This document shows positions 56,285 through 64,000 of a DNA stretch of 64,000 nt, one piece after another. The position numbers were made by a program, and so were the translations under genes. The stretch spans positions 45,532-109,531 of the forward strand of contig REBS01000118.1 of the NCBI GenBank assembly GCA_007692605.1, read 5' to 3'. The notes under the pieces are model-generated. The model made no database searches. It was not told where the DNA came from and saw only the letters and a program-made list of their open reading frames with translations. How positions within the stretch are numbered: the first letter of the stretch is position 1; each line of letters begins with the position of its first letter. The DNA comes from Gemmatimonadales bacterium. Lineage in GTDB: Bacteria; Gemmatimonadota; Gemmatimonadetes; Longimicrobiales; Gaopeijiaceae.

Positions 56285-56776
56285 ATGCCGCGACGCGCCA
56301 TCTTCTGGGCCCTGGGATTCGCCGTGCTCTGGTGGACGCTCACCGGTCCCGGGTTGGCGGGGTGGTATGCGGGCCTCCTGGCCCTCCTCCTGGCGACCCT
56401 CGCCTTCGCCGGCCTCGCCGGGGTGCCGATTCCGACGATCCACCCCCTGGGCCTCGCTCGCTTCATCCCCTACTTCCTGACCAGCGCCGTCCGGGGAGGA
56501 GTGGATGTGAGCCTGAGGGCCTTCTCGCCCAGGCTCCCCCTGGCACCTGACACCCTTCGCTACCGGATCCGGCTGCCCCCGGGGGCGCCCCGCATCCTCT
56601 TCGTGAACACGATCAGCCTCCTGCCCGGGACCTTCAGTGCCGAGCTGATCGACGACCGCGTGACCGTGCACCTCCTCTCGCGGGATCCGGGCACCGAGGC
56701 CCGGCTCACCGAGCTCGAGCGCAGGGTCGGAGGACTCTTCGGGCTGACCCTCGATGCTCCTCCCGAGGTCGAATGA
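56285..56776 (+). CDS. mnhE: Mrp/Mnh cation:proton antiporter subunit E
   Basis: Two N-terminal TM helices, then FIPYFLTSAVRGGVDV and ISLLPGTFSAEL..DRVTVHLL, the MnhE signature. Confidence 0.8.
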   Translation: MPRRAIFWALGFAVLWWTLTGPGLAGWYAGLLALLLATLAFAGLAGVPIPTIHPLGLARFIPYFLTSAVRGGVDVSLRAFSPRLPLAPDTLRYRIRLPPGAPRILFVNTISLLPGTFSAELIDDRVTVHLLSRDPGTEARLTELERRVGGLFGLTLDAPPEVE

Positions 56777-57066
56777 GCCTTCTCCTCCTCGGCGCCGCCC
56801 TCTTTCTGATCCTGAACGTGGGGGCCGGGCTCCTGCGCGTGGTCCGGGGGCCGACCCCCGCCGACCGAATGGTCGCGGCCCAGCTCTTCGGGACCTCGGG
56901 AGTGGCGATCCTCCTCCTGCTGGCCGAGGCATCCGGCGAGGGCAGCCTGCGCGACGTCGCCCTGATCTTCGCCCTTCTGGCGGTGGTGATCTCGGTGTCC
57001 TTCGTCAAGCGGGGGTGGATCCGGGCCGAGGGTTCGAGCGACGGCGAGGCCGACCATGCCGATTGA
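56773..57066 (+). CDS. mnhF: Mrp/Mnh antiporter subunit F
   Basis: Shows LRVVRGPTPADRMVAAQL and three TM helices. 4-nt overlap with mnhE. Confidence 0.8.
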   Translation: MSLLLLGAALFLILNVGAGLLRVVRGPTPADRMVAAQLFGTSGVAILLLLAEASGEGSLRDVALIFALLAVVISVSFVKRGWIRAEGSSDGEADHAD

Positions 57067-57421
57067 ACTGACCGTCACTCTGGTCATGGAGGTCGTCTCG
57101 GGGCTCCTGATCGTTGCGGGGTGCCTCTTCTTCCTCGCCGGAACCGTCGGGCTCCTCCGCTTCCCGGACCTCTACTGCCGCCTCCACGCCCTGACCAAGG
57201 CCGACACCCTCGGGCTGGGGCTGATCGTGGCCGGTCTCGTGATCCGGAACCCGGCCTGGCCGGCCCGGGTTCAATTGGTCCTTATCTGGATGCTGGCGCT
57301 CTCGGCCGCGGCGACCGTCTGCCACCTGCTCGCTCGCTCCTCGCTGGCTGCCGGGATCGAACCCATTCGCGAGCCCGGGGGGGCCTCCGCGGGAGTGACT
57401 CCCGCCGGGGAGGGTCGATGA
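57056..57421 (+). CDS. mnhG: Mrp/Mnh antiporter subunit G
   Basis: Shows FFLAGTVGLLRFPDLYCRLHALTKADTLG. Confidence 0.8.
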   Translation: MPIELTVTLVMEVVSGLLIVAGCLFFLAGTVGLLRFPDLYCRLHALTKADTLGLGLIVAGLVIRNPAWPARVQLVLIWMLALSAAATVCHLLARSSLAAGIEPIREPGGASAGVTPAGEGR

Positions 57422-58458
57422 CGGCTCTCGGTCTTCTCCTCGACGCCTCGGTCGTGCTCCTCCTGGTGGCACTCGCCACCCGCCTCCTCCTGACCCGGCA
57501 TCTCTTCGAGGCGATCGTCCTGTTCGTCTCGTACGGGCTGACCCTCTCGCTGGCCTGGGTGCGGCTGGGGGCGCCGAACATCGCGCTGGCCGAAGCGGCG
57601 CTGGGTGCCGGGGTGACCGGCGCCCTCTTCCTGAACACCTACCAGCGACTGGCCGAGCGGATCGGCGACGGTGCGAAGTCCCCACTCCTCGAAGACGACG
57701 GCTCGCAGGACCCCCCCTCCTGGTTCAAGGGCCTGCTGGGAGGCGGTGTCATACTCCTGGGTCTGGGCGCCGGCTGGGCCCTGATCGGAGCCGGGCGCCG
57801 TCCCGCCTTCCTGCCCCACGAGATCGCGGCACGGCTGCCCGAAACGGGGGTCCAGAACCCGGTCACGGGGGTGCTCCTGAACTTTCGGGGATACGACACC
57901 CTGCTCGAAATCGCGGTACTCGTGGCGGCGATGGCCGGGGTCTGGTCGCTCGACCGGGGGAGCCGCCGTTTCGGGCGGGCCCGGGGGGAGCCCGATGAGG
58001 ACCCGGTGCTGCACGCGCTCACGCGATTCGCGGTCCCGGTCACCGTGGTAACCGCGGTCTACCTGACCTGGGTCGGCTCGACGGAGCCGGGAGGTGCCTT
58101 CCAGGCCGGCTCCCTCCTGGCGGGCGCCGGGGTGCTCCTGACGGTGGCGGGCATCCTCCCCCCACCCACCGCCGCCTCGCGCCCCGTCCGGGCGATGGTG
58201 GCGGGGGGGATGGCCGGCTTCGTCCTGGCGGGCATCGCGGTCCTCCCCCTCACCGGGCAGTTCCTGCACTACCCCGAGGGCTGGGCCTACCCCATGATCC
58301 TCGGAATCGAAGCCCTCCTCACCGTCTCGATCGCGGTCGTGCTCGTGGAGCTCTTCGTGGACGTCCCGGCGGTCCCCGAGCCCGATCCCGCACTCGAATC
58401 GATCGATCCCTCCGGCGACCCGCTCGGACGGGCGCTGCGCGGCGGGGAGGACTCGTGA
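57418..58458 (+). CDS. mnhB: fused MbhD/DUF4040-like segment plus MnhB subunit
   Basis: The ATG overlaps the mnhG stop. The N-terminal roughly 80 aa (FEAIVLFVSYGLTLSLAWVRLGAPNIALAEAALGAGVTG) is DUF4040-like. It is followed by NPVTGVLLNFRGYDTLLEIAVL...GGAFQAG, the MnhB domain. Confidence 0.75.
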   Translation: MTALGLLLDASVVLLLVALATRLLLTRHLFEAIVLFVSYGLTLSLAWVRLGAPNIALAEAALGAGVTGALFLNTYQRLAERIGDGAKSPLLEDDGSQDPPSWFKGLLGGGVILLGLGAGWALIGAGRRPAFLPHEIAARLPETGVQNPVTGVLLNFRGYDTLLEIAVLVAAMAGVWSLDRGSRRFGRARGEPDEDPVLHALTRFAVPVTVVTAVYLTWVGSTEPGGAFQAGSLLAGAGVLLTVAGILPPPTAASRPVRAMVAGGMAGFVLAGIAVLPLTGQFLHYPEGWAYPMILGIEALLTVSIAVVLVELFVDVPAVPEPDPALESIDPSGDPLGRALRGGEDS

Positions 58459-58802
58459 ACCCCGTCGACCTCTATATGCTCGCCGGGATCGCGATCACCC
58501 TGATCGCCCTGTACGCCGCCCTCACCCGGGCGCACCTGTTCTGGAAGGTCCTGGCAATCAACCTGATGGGCACGGGGATCTTCCTGATCCTCCTGGCCGC
58601 TCCGTCACGCCGGACCCCCGAGATCGCCGACCCGCTTCCCCAGGCGATGGTGCTGACGGGGATCGTGGTCGCGGTGGCCGCCACCGCGCTCGCCCTCGGG
58701 ATCGCCCTGCGAGTGATCGCCCGGTCGGACCTTCCCTTCCTGCCCGACGGTGACGAAGACGACCCGGACTCCCCGGGTTCGACGGGCGAGGCGTCCCGAT
58801 GA
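58455..58802 (+). CDS. mnhC: Mrp/Mnh antiporter subunit C (NuoK-like)
   Basis: GTG start. Three TM helices, with LINLMGTGIFLILLA and MVLTGIVVAVAATALAL. Confidence 0.8.
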   Translation: MNPVDLYMLAGIAITLIALYAALTRAHLFWKVLAINLMGTGIFLILLAAPSRRTPEIADPLPQAMVLTGIVVAVAATALALGIALRVIARSDLPFLPDGDEDDPDSPGSTGEASR

Positions 58803-60286
58803 CCCCGTTCGAACTCTGGAGCACGGTCGTCATTTTCGGGCCGCTCCTGGCCTCGGTGGTCGCCCTCAGCGCGCGCCCCGCCCTTCTTCGGGCCGGGCTC
58901 GTCCTGGGGTCCCTGAGCGCACTGGTCGGATCGGCCGGGCTCTGGCGGGCGGTCATCCTGTACGGGCCGGGGCGCCACCTCCTCGGCGGATGGGGACAGC
59001 CGCTGGGCATCGAACTGTGGATCGACGGCTTCGGCGTCGCAATGCTCGCGGTCACCGCGCTGGTGGGAGCCCTGACCAGCCTCTACGCGAATTCCTACTT
59101 CGGCGATCTCTCGGAGCTCAGCGTGCGCGAGTCTCCGGCGGGACGGGGTGCCCGCTTCTTCGCGCCCCTCTGGCTCCTCCTCTGGACCGCGCTGAACGGG
59201 ATCTACCTGTCGGCCGACCTCTTCAATCTCTACGTGACCCTCGAGATCCTGGGGCTCTCGGCGGCCGCGATCGTCACCCTCGCCGTGTCGCGGCAGGCCA
59301 CCGTGGCCGGGATGCGGTACCTGCTCGTCTCGCTCATCGGATCGCTCCTCTATCTCCTGGGGGTGGCGCTCCTCTACGTGCAGTACGGCACCCTCTCGCT
59401 CGAGGGCCTCGCCGCGATCGGACCGTCGGGGCCGATCCCCGCCATCGCGCTGGCGGCGATGACGGTGGGGATGGCGGCCAAGACCGCCCTCTTCCCCTTT
59501 CACGCCTGGCTCCCCCCGGCGCACGCCGGAGCCCCCGCACCGGGGAGCGCGATCCTCTCGGCCCTCGTGGTGAAGGGCTCCTTCTTCATCCTGGTGCGGC
59601 TCTGGTTCTCGGTGTACGGCGGGGGGTCCCCCGAGGGGCTCGTCCTGCTGGGGGTGCTGGGGAGCGGAGCCATCCTCTGGGGCTCGGTCCTCGCGCTGCG
59701 CCAGGTCAGCCTGAAGCGACTGATCGCCTACTCGACCGTCGCCCAGCTCGGATACCTCTTCGTCATGTTTCCCCTCCTGATTCCCGAGCCGGGACTCTGG
59801 AACGCCGACGCGTGGACGGGGGGGCTCCTCCTGGCCATCTCGCACGCCCTGGCCAAGGCGGCGATGTTCCTGGCGGCGGGGAACATGAGCTACGCGGTCG
59901 CCCAGGATCGGCTCACCGCGATCTCGGGGGTGGCACACCGCCTGCCCATGTCCTTCTTCGCCTTCGGAGTCGGAGGGTTGAGCCTGGCCGGGCTTCCCCC
60001 CTCGGCGGGCTTCGTCGGCAAGTGGCTCCTCCTGCGCTCGGCCTTCGAGACCGCCCACTGGATCTGGATCGCGGTCATCGCGGTCGGGGGGCTCCTCACG
60101 ATCGCGTACGTGCTCAAGGTCCTCCGGTACGCCCTCGACCGCGATGAAGCCCCCGAGGACTTCCGGCCGGTCCCCCGTCGCATGGAGTGGGCCGCCGCCC
60201 TTCTTGCCCTCGCGGCGATGGCCCTGGGCGTCCGGGCGCTGGAGCTGGTCGAACTGCTCCTGGTCGGAGGCCCCTTCCCATGGTGA
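58799..60286 (+). CDS. mnhD: Mrp antiporter-like subunit D (NuoM/N family proton-conducting transporter), copy 1
   Basis: Polytopic. Shows the Proton_antipo_M core (AKTALFPFHAWLPPAHAGAPAPGSAILSALVVKG, LIAYSTVAQLGY). Confidence 0.8.
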   Translation: MTPFELWSTVVIFGPLLASVVALSARPALLRAGLVLGSLSALVGSAGLWRAVILYGPGRHLLGGWGQPLGIELWIDGFGVAMLAVTALVGALTSLYANSYFGDLSELSVRESPAGRGARFFAPLWLLLWTALNGIYLSADLFNLYVTLEILGLSAAAIVTLAVSRQATVAGMRYLLVSLIGSLLYLLGVALLYVQYGTLSLEGLAAIGPSGPIPAIALAAMTVGMAAKTALFPFHAWLPPAHAGAPAPGSAILSALVVKGSFFILVRLWFSVYGGGSPEGLVLLGVLGSGAILWGSVLALRQVSLKRLIAYSTVAQLGYLFVMFPLLIPEPGLWNADAWTGGLLLAISHALAKAAMFLAAGNMSYAVAQDRLTAISGVAHRLPMSFFAFGVGGLSLAGLPPSAGFVGKWLLLRSAFETAHWIWIAVIAVGGLLTIAYVLKVLRYALDRDEAPEDFRPVPRRMEWAAALLALAAMALGVRALELVELLLVGGPFPW

Positions 60287-61788
60287 GTCCGCTCTGGGCC
60301 TGGGACGGGCTCCCCCTGGCGGTCGTCCTCAGCTCCTTCGTACCGGGCGTGCTGATCATGTTCTTGCGCGAGGAGCAGACCCTCCTGCGCAACACCCTCA
60401 ACATGACCGGCGCGCTCGCGAAGGTGGGGTTCGTGGGCCTCATGCTCCAGGGCGTCGCGGCCGGGGCCAGCTACGAGTGGGCCTTCGAGATCCTTCCGGG
60501 CCTCGAACTCTCGCTCGCCGGTGACGCCCTCGCACTCCTGTTCGTGACCCTCTCGGCCGTACTCTGGCTCGTCACCACGGTCTATGCGATCGGATACATG
60601 GAGGCCTCGCGGAACCGGACGCGCTTCTTCGCCTTCTTCAGCCTGTGCGTGACCGCGACCACCGGGATCGCGATGGCGGGCGACCTGTTCACCTTCGTGA
60701 TCTTCTACGAAGCGCTCACCTGGGCCACCTATCCACTGGTGGTCCACAGCGGCACGCCCGAGGCCATCCGGGCCGGTCGCACCTACCTGGCCTATACCCT
60801 CGGGGCCGGGGCGATCCTCGTGGTGGGCGCCGTGGGCTTCGAGGTCACCACCGGCACCGTCGCCTTCGCCGCGGGCGGGGTGGTCGACCCCATGGCCGTC
60901 GAGGCCGAGCCGATCCGCTACCTCCTCCTCTTCCTCTGCCTCCTGGTCGGGATGGGGGTGAAGTCGGCGATCTTCCCGATCCACGGCTGGCTCCCCACCG
61001 CGATGGTCGCCCCGGCCCCGGTGAGCGCGCTCCTGCACGCCGTGGCGGTCGTGAAGGCGGGAGCCTTCGGGGTCATCCGGCTCATCCACTCCCTGTTCGG
61101 GATCGAGGTCAGCTGGGAGATGGGGCTCACGACCCTGGTCGCAGTGCTGGCTTCGTTCACGATCATCTACGCCTCGGTCCGTGCGCTCGCCCAGACGGAC
61201 ATCAAGCGCATCCTGGCCTTCAGCACCGTGAGCCAGCTCTCGTACATCGCCCTCGGGGTCGCCCTCCTCGATCCGCTGGCGCAGGTGGGCGGCCTGGTTC
61301 ACCTGGTGCACCAGGGGATCATGAAGATCACCCTCTTCTTCTGCGCCGGGGTGATCGCGCAGACGCTGGGGGTGAAGACCGTGGGCGCCATGGGCGGGGT
61401 CGCCCGGCGCATGCCGCTCACCATGGCCGCCTTCACCGTCGCGGCGCTGGGCATGATCGGGCTCCCCCCGGTCGCCGGGTTCATCTCGAAGTGGTACCTG
61501 GGCCTCGGGGCACTGGGCGCGGGCGCACCCTGGGTGATCCTCGTGCTCCTCGCGAGCAGCCTCCTGAACGCTGCGTACTTCCTGCCCATCCTGCGCACCG
61601 CCTACTTCGACGAGCCCTCGGAGTCCTGGTCCGACCCCTGGCCCCATCACCGACTCGAGGCCGACTGGAGGATGGTGCTTCCCGCCGTAATCACGGCCGC
61701 GCTCTCGCTCGCCGTTGGCGTCTTCGCCGCGTCGGACTGGAGCCCCCTCGGCTGGGCACTGCTCATCGTGGAGCGGGGAGGCCTCTGA
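60280..61788 (+). CDS. Mrp antiporter-like subunit (NuoM/N family), copy 2
   Basis: The ATG at 60280 overlaps the previous stop by 7 nt. Shows VKSAIFPIHGWLPTAMVAPAPVSALLHAVAVVKAG and ILAFSTVSQLSY. Confidence 0.8.
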   Translation: MVSPLWAWDGLPLAVVLSSFVPGVLIMFLREEQTLLRNTLNMTGALAKVGFVGLMLQGVAAGASYEWAFEILPGLELSLAGDALALLFVTLSAVLWLVTTVYAIGYMEASRNRTRFFAFFSLCVTATTGIAMAGDLFTFVIFYEALTWATYPLVVHSGTPEAIRAGRTYLAYTLGAGAILVVGAVGFEVTTGTVAFAAGGVVDPMAVEAEPIRYLLLFLCLLVGMGVKSAIFPIHGWLPTAMVAPAPVSALLHAVAVVKAGAFGVIRLIHSLFGIEVSWEMGLTTLVAVLASFTIIYASVRALAQTDIKRILAFSTVSQLSYIALGVALLDPLAQVGGLVHLVHQGIMKITLFFCAGVIAQTLGVKTVGAMGGVARRMPLTMAAFTVAALGMIGLPPVAGFISKWYLGLGALGAGAPWVILVLLASSLLNAAYFLPILRTAYFDEPSESWSDPWPHHRLEADWRMVLPAVITAALSLAVGVFAASDWSPLGWALLIVERGGL

Positions 61789-63617
61789 TGGAGTCCATCC
61801 TCACCCCCCTGCTCGGCCTGGCCTGGGGGATTCCCCTCGCCCTCTGTCTTCTCTGGGCCCTCCCGTCGGGCCACCGGCTCGGGGAGCGACTGGTCCCCTG
61901 GTCCGCGCTCCCCGCCCTGCTGCTCGCACTGCTCTCCGGTGGCATCGACGGATCGGGGACCGGGCTCACCCTCCCCCTGCTCTTCACGGGGGCCGAGTTC
62001 TCGCTCGATCCGCTGGGTCGCGCCTTCCTCCTCTTCACCGCCCTTCTCTGGCTCGCGGGAGGCTGGTTCGCCGCCGCCTACCACCGGAAGGACCCCCGCT
62101 CCGGGGCCTTCTTCCTCTTCTTCGCCCTGACCATGACCGGCAACCTCGGGCTGGTCCTCGCCGCGGACCTGCTCACGTTCTATCTCTTCTTCGCCCTCAT
62201 GACCTTCGCGGCCTACGGGCTCGTGGCGCACGCCCGGGATCGTCCGGCGCGGAGGGCCGGACGCATCTACATCGTGATGGCGGTGCTCGGAGAGCTGGCG
62301 CTCCTCTCCGGACTCCTCAGCCTCGGCGCCGCCCTCGGCGGGGTGCCGACCTTCGGGGCCGAGATCGAGGGGAGCTGGCGCCTGCTCGAAGGGGGCGACG
62401 CCTCGGGGCTTTCGCTCCTCGCGACCGGAGTCCTCCTCGCCATCGGGCTCGGGGTGAAGGCCGGCATCGTCCCCCTCCACCTCTGGCTCCCCCTCGCCCA
62501 CCCCGTCGCGCCCACCGCGGCGAGCGCACTGCTGAGCGGCGCCATGATCAAGGCGGGCCTGCTGGGCTGGGTCCGGGTCCTCCCCGAGGAGACGGCCCTC
62601 CCCGTCCTGGCGATGGGGTTCCTGGGCGTGGGAGTCTTCACCGCCTTCTACGGGGTTCTCATGGGGGTCCCCCAGGATGACCCCAAGACCGTCCTGGCCT
62701 ATTCGAGTGTGAGCCAGATGGGGTACATGGCCATCGGGGTGGCCCTGCTCGTCCACGACCCGGCGCTGGCCCCCCTGGCGCTGGCCGCGATCGCGCTGTA
62801 CGCGATGCACCACGGGCTGGCCAAGGGCGCGCTCTTCCTCTCGGTGGGACTCGCGGACCGGGCCCCTCGGGCGGCAGGCTCACCCGACGATCCCTGGCGA
62901 CGTCGAATCCTGGTGGGTGCAGCCCTCCCGGCCCTGGCCCTCGCCGGTCTCCCCCTGACGAGCGGGGGCCTGGCCAAGAACGCGCTCAAGGACGGGCTCG
63001 GTGAACTGGGGGGCGTCCACTACGCCGTCGTCGACCCGCTCCTGCTCGTGGCCGCCTTCGGCACGACGCTCCTGATGGTGCGCTTCCTGGTCACCCTGGA
63101 GCGACGTCGTCGCGATAGCCTGGCGGACGCCGGCGCCGAGGGAAGCGAGGGGGCCGGCTTCGGCGGGCTCCTGTTCCCCTGGGCCGGGCTGATCGGGATC
63201 GGACTGGTCGGGGTCGCCTGGATGGGCATCTACACCCCGATCACCGGAGATGCCGCCCTCCCCGGCCTCTTCGACGGATGGCTTGCGGGGCTGGCCCCCG
63301 TGCTCCTCGGGGGGCTGGCCGGATTCGCCGTCCTGCGCCGAGGCGAGTGGCTCGGATCGTTCCGATCGGTGCGAATCCCCGCGGGCGATCTCCTGCGGCC
63401 GATCGAGTGGGGGATCCAGCGGCTCCCCCGACCGGACCAGGAGGCGATCGTCGAGCGGCTGGAGGCGCTGGGCGGGCGGGGAACCGGCTGGGTGGTCCGC
63501 GCCTTCGACCCGGTCATCGCACTCGCCGACCGTGACCTGAAATCCATCCGGGGCGCTCCCCTCGCGGTACTTGTCTTCGGGCTCGCCCTCGCCCTGGTCG
63601 TGCTGCTTCTGCGCTGA
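61788..63617 (+). CDS. Mrp antiporter-like subunit, probable NuoL/MrpA-N-terminal equivalent, copy 3
   Basis: ATGA overlap with the previous gene. Shows VKAGIVPLHLWLPLAHPVAPTAASALLSGAMIKAG and VLAYSSVSQMGY. The C-terminus has a roughly 70-aa polar or amphipathic stretch followed by one last TM, like the NuoL lateral helix and anchor. Confidence 0.75.
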   Translation: MESILTPLLGLAWGIPLALCLLWALPSGHRLGERLVPWSALPALLLALLSGGIDGSGTGLTLPLLFTGAEFSLDPLGRAFLLFTALLWLAGGWFAAAYHRKDPRSGAFFLFFALTMTGNLGLVLAADLLTFYLFFALMTFAAYGLVAHARDRPARRAGRIYIVMAVLGELALLSGLLSLGAALGGVPTFGAEIEGSWRLLEGGDASGLSLLATGVLLAIGLGVKAGIVPLHLWLPLAHPVAPTAASALLSGAMIKAGLLGWVRVLPEETALPVLAMGFLGVGVFTAFYGVLMGVPQDDPKTVLAYSSVSQMGYMAIGVALLVHDPALAPLALAAIALYAMHHGLAKGALFLSVGLADRAPRAAGSPDDPWRRRILVGAALPALALAGLPLTSGGLAKNALKDGLGELGGVHYAVVDPLLLVAAFGTTLLMVRFLVTLERRRRDSLADAGAEGSEGAGFGGLLFPWAGLIGIGLVGVAWMGIYTPITGDAALPGLFDGWLAGLAPVLLGGLAGFAVLRRGEWLGSFRSVRIPAGDLLRPIEWGIQRLPRPDQEAIVERLEALGGRGTGWVVRAFDPVIALADRDLKSIRGAPLAVLVFGLALALVVLLLR

Positions 63618-63754
63618 ACGGCCAGCGCGGCGTGACCTGCCCGCGGGCACCGGCCAGAGGCGGATCGGGCGGCTCGTCGAAGGCCCGTGGGATTCGACCC
63701 GCGCGGGGTGGCCGGAAATCCCGCAAACGTCCCCGAAAACACGACCGATGCTGG

Positions 63755-63779
63755 ATTTTCGGTCATTATTACCGGAAAG
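63755..63779. repeat. palindromic element R1 (ATTTTCGGTCA-TTATT-ACCGGAAAG)
   Basis: 8-bp stem (one G-T pair) with a 7-nt loop. It is homologous to R2. Confidence 0.6.
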
Positions 63780-63816
63780 CGCGCACGGCTCGGTGAGCCA
63801 TGACCACGCATGAGAT

Positions 63817-63841
63817 ATTTCCGGCAATTATTGCCGGAAAT
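63817..63841. repeat. palindromic element R2 (ATTTCCGGCAAT-T-ATTGCCGGAAAT), a perfect 12-1-12 palindrome
   Basis: Read directly from the sequence. Its right arm continues into the 16-nt exact direct repeat GCCGGAAATCCCGCAA (63833-63848), which also occurs at 63711-63726. Confidence 0.7.
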
Positions 63842-63937
63842 CCCGCAAGCGCCTCTTCCGCTGCGACGTTTGCGATCTTTTCGGTCACCCGTGGGCTGGA
63901 AGTCTGTCGATTGCAGACGAATCTCCGGTTCAGGACA

Positions 63938-64000
63938 CTACGAGGGGGCCTCATCGATGCGCTCCTCGATCGCCTCGGGCGCCTGGATCAGGTCGGCGAA
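63938..64000 (-). CDS. 3' end of an unidentified minus-strand gene (partial)
   Basis: The reverse-strand frame open from the window edge reads FADLIQAPEAIEERIDEAPS then TAG. GC is strongly favoured at the third codon position, as in the other genes. Confidence 0.4.
   Translation of the reverse strand, partial: FADLIQAPEAIEERIDEAPS

Noticed and set aside
63690-63905. CRISPR array interpretation of the palindromic elements.
   Set aside because: There are only two good repeats, which differ at several positions. The would-be spacers share sequence (CCCGCAARCG), consistent with a 122-bp duplication instead. No cas genes or leader lie in the window. The elements are kept as an unexplained repeat finding rather than a CRISPR call.
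1-64000. A mobile element, prophage or defence island somewhere in the window.
   Set aside because: I found no integrase, transposase, recombinase, terminal inverted repeats, tRNA attachment site, restriction-modification, toxin-antitoxin or NTPase/nuclease defence-like genes. By eye, composition looks uniform apart from short AT-rich intergenic patches.

Overview
This is a 64 kb, very GC-rich, densely packed stretch of bacterial chromosome. The organism looks diderm: the window has a TonB-dependent receptor, lgt and many lipobox lipoproteins. The gene repertoire would fit Gemmatimonadota or Acidobacteriota, but I cannot establish the phylum without a database search. I support about 50 protein genes. 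I found no rRNA, tRNA, transposase, integrase, cas gene or recognisable defence gene, so the window reads as core chromosome rather than a mobile island.

Main themes:
1. An unusually high density of secreted peptidases and amidohydrolases. These are one S41 peptidase, three M14 genes carrying four catalytic modules (one gene is a tandem duplication), one S9 peptidase, a D-aminoacylase with an AbgT transporter, an isoaspartyl peptidase, two beta-lactamase-fold hydrolases and a creatininase-fold enzyme.
2. An NAD module: an NrtR-like regulator, then nadA-nadB-nadC, with a perfect palindrome over the nadA promoter. A pncA gene coupled to a permease lies about 30 kb upstream.
3. Translation genes: ettA, and infC (AUU start) coupled to prmA.
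4. hemQ divergent from a TonB-dependent receptor.
5. speA.
6. An eight-gene Mrp-type cation/proton antiporter cluster in Mbh-like order (E-F-G-B-C-D-D-L-like).

I do not see a clear-cut novel system. The items most worth follow-up are the Mrp variant, a phased array of palindromic elements at 63.69-63.90 kb, the candidate NrtR operator, the pncA-permease pair and the duplicated M14 peptidase. All product calls come from motif-level reading of the supplied translations. No homology search was run.
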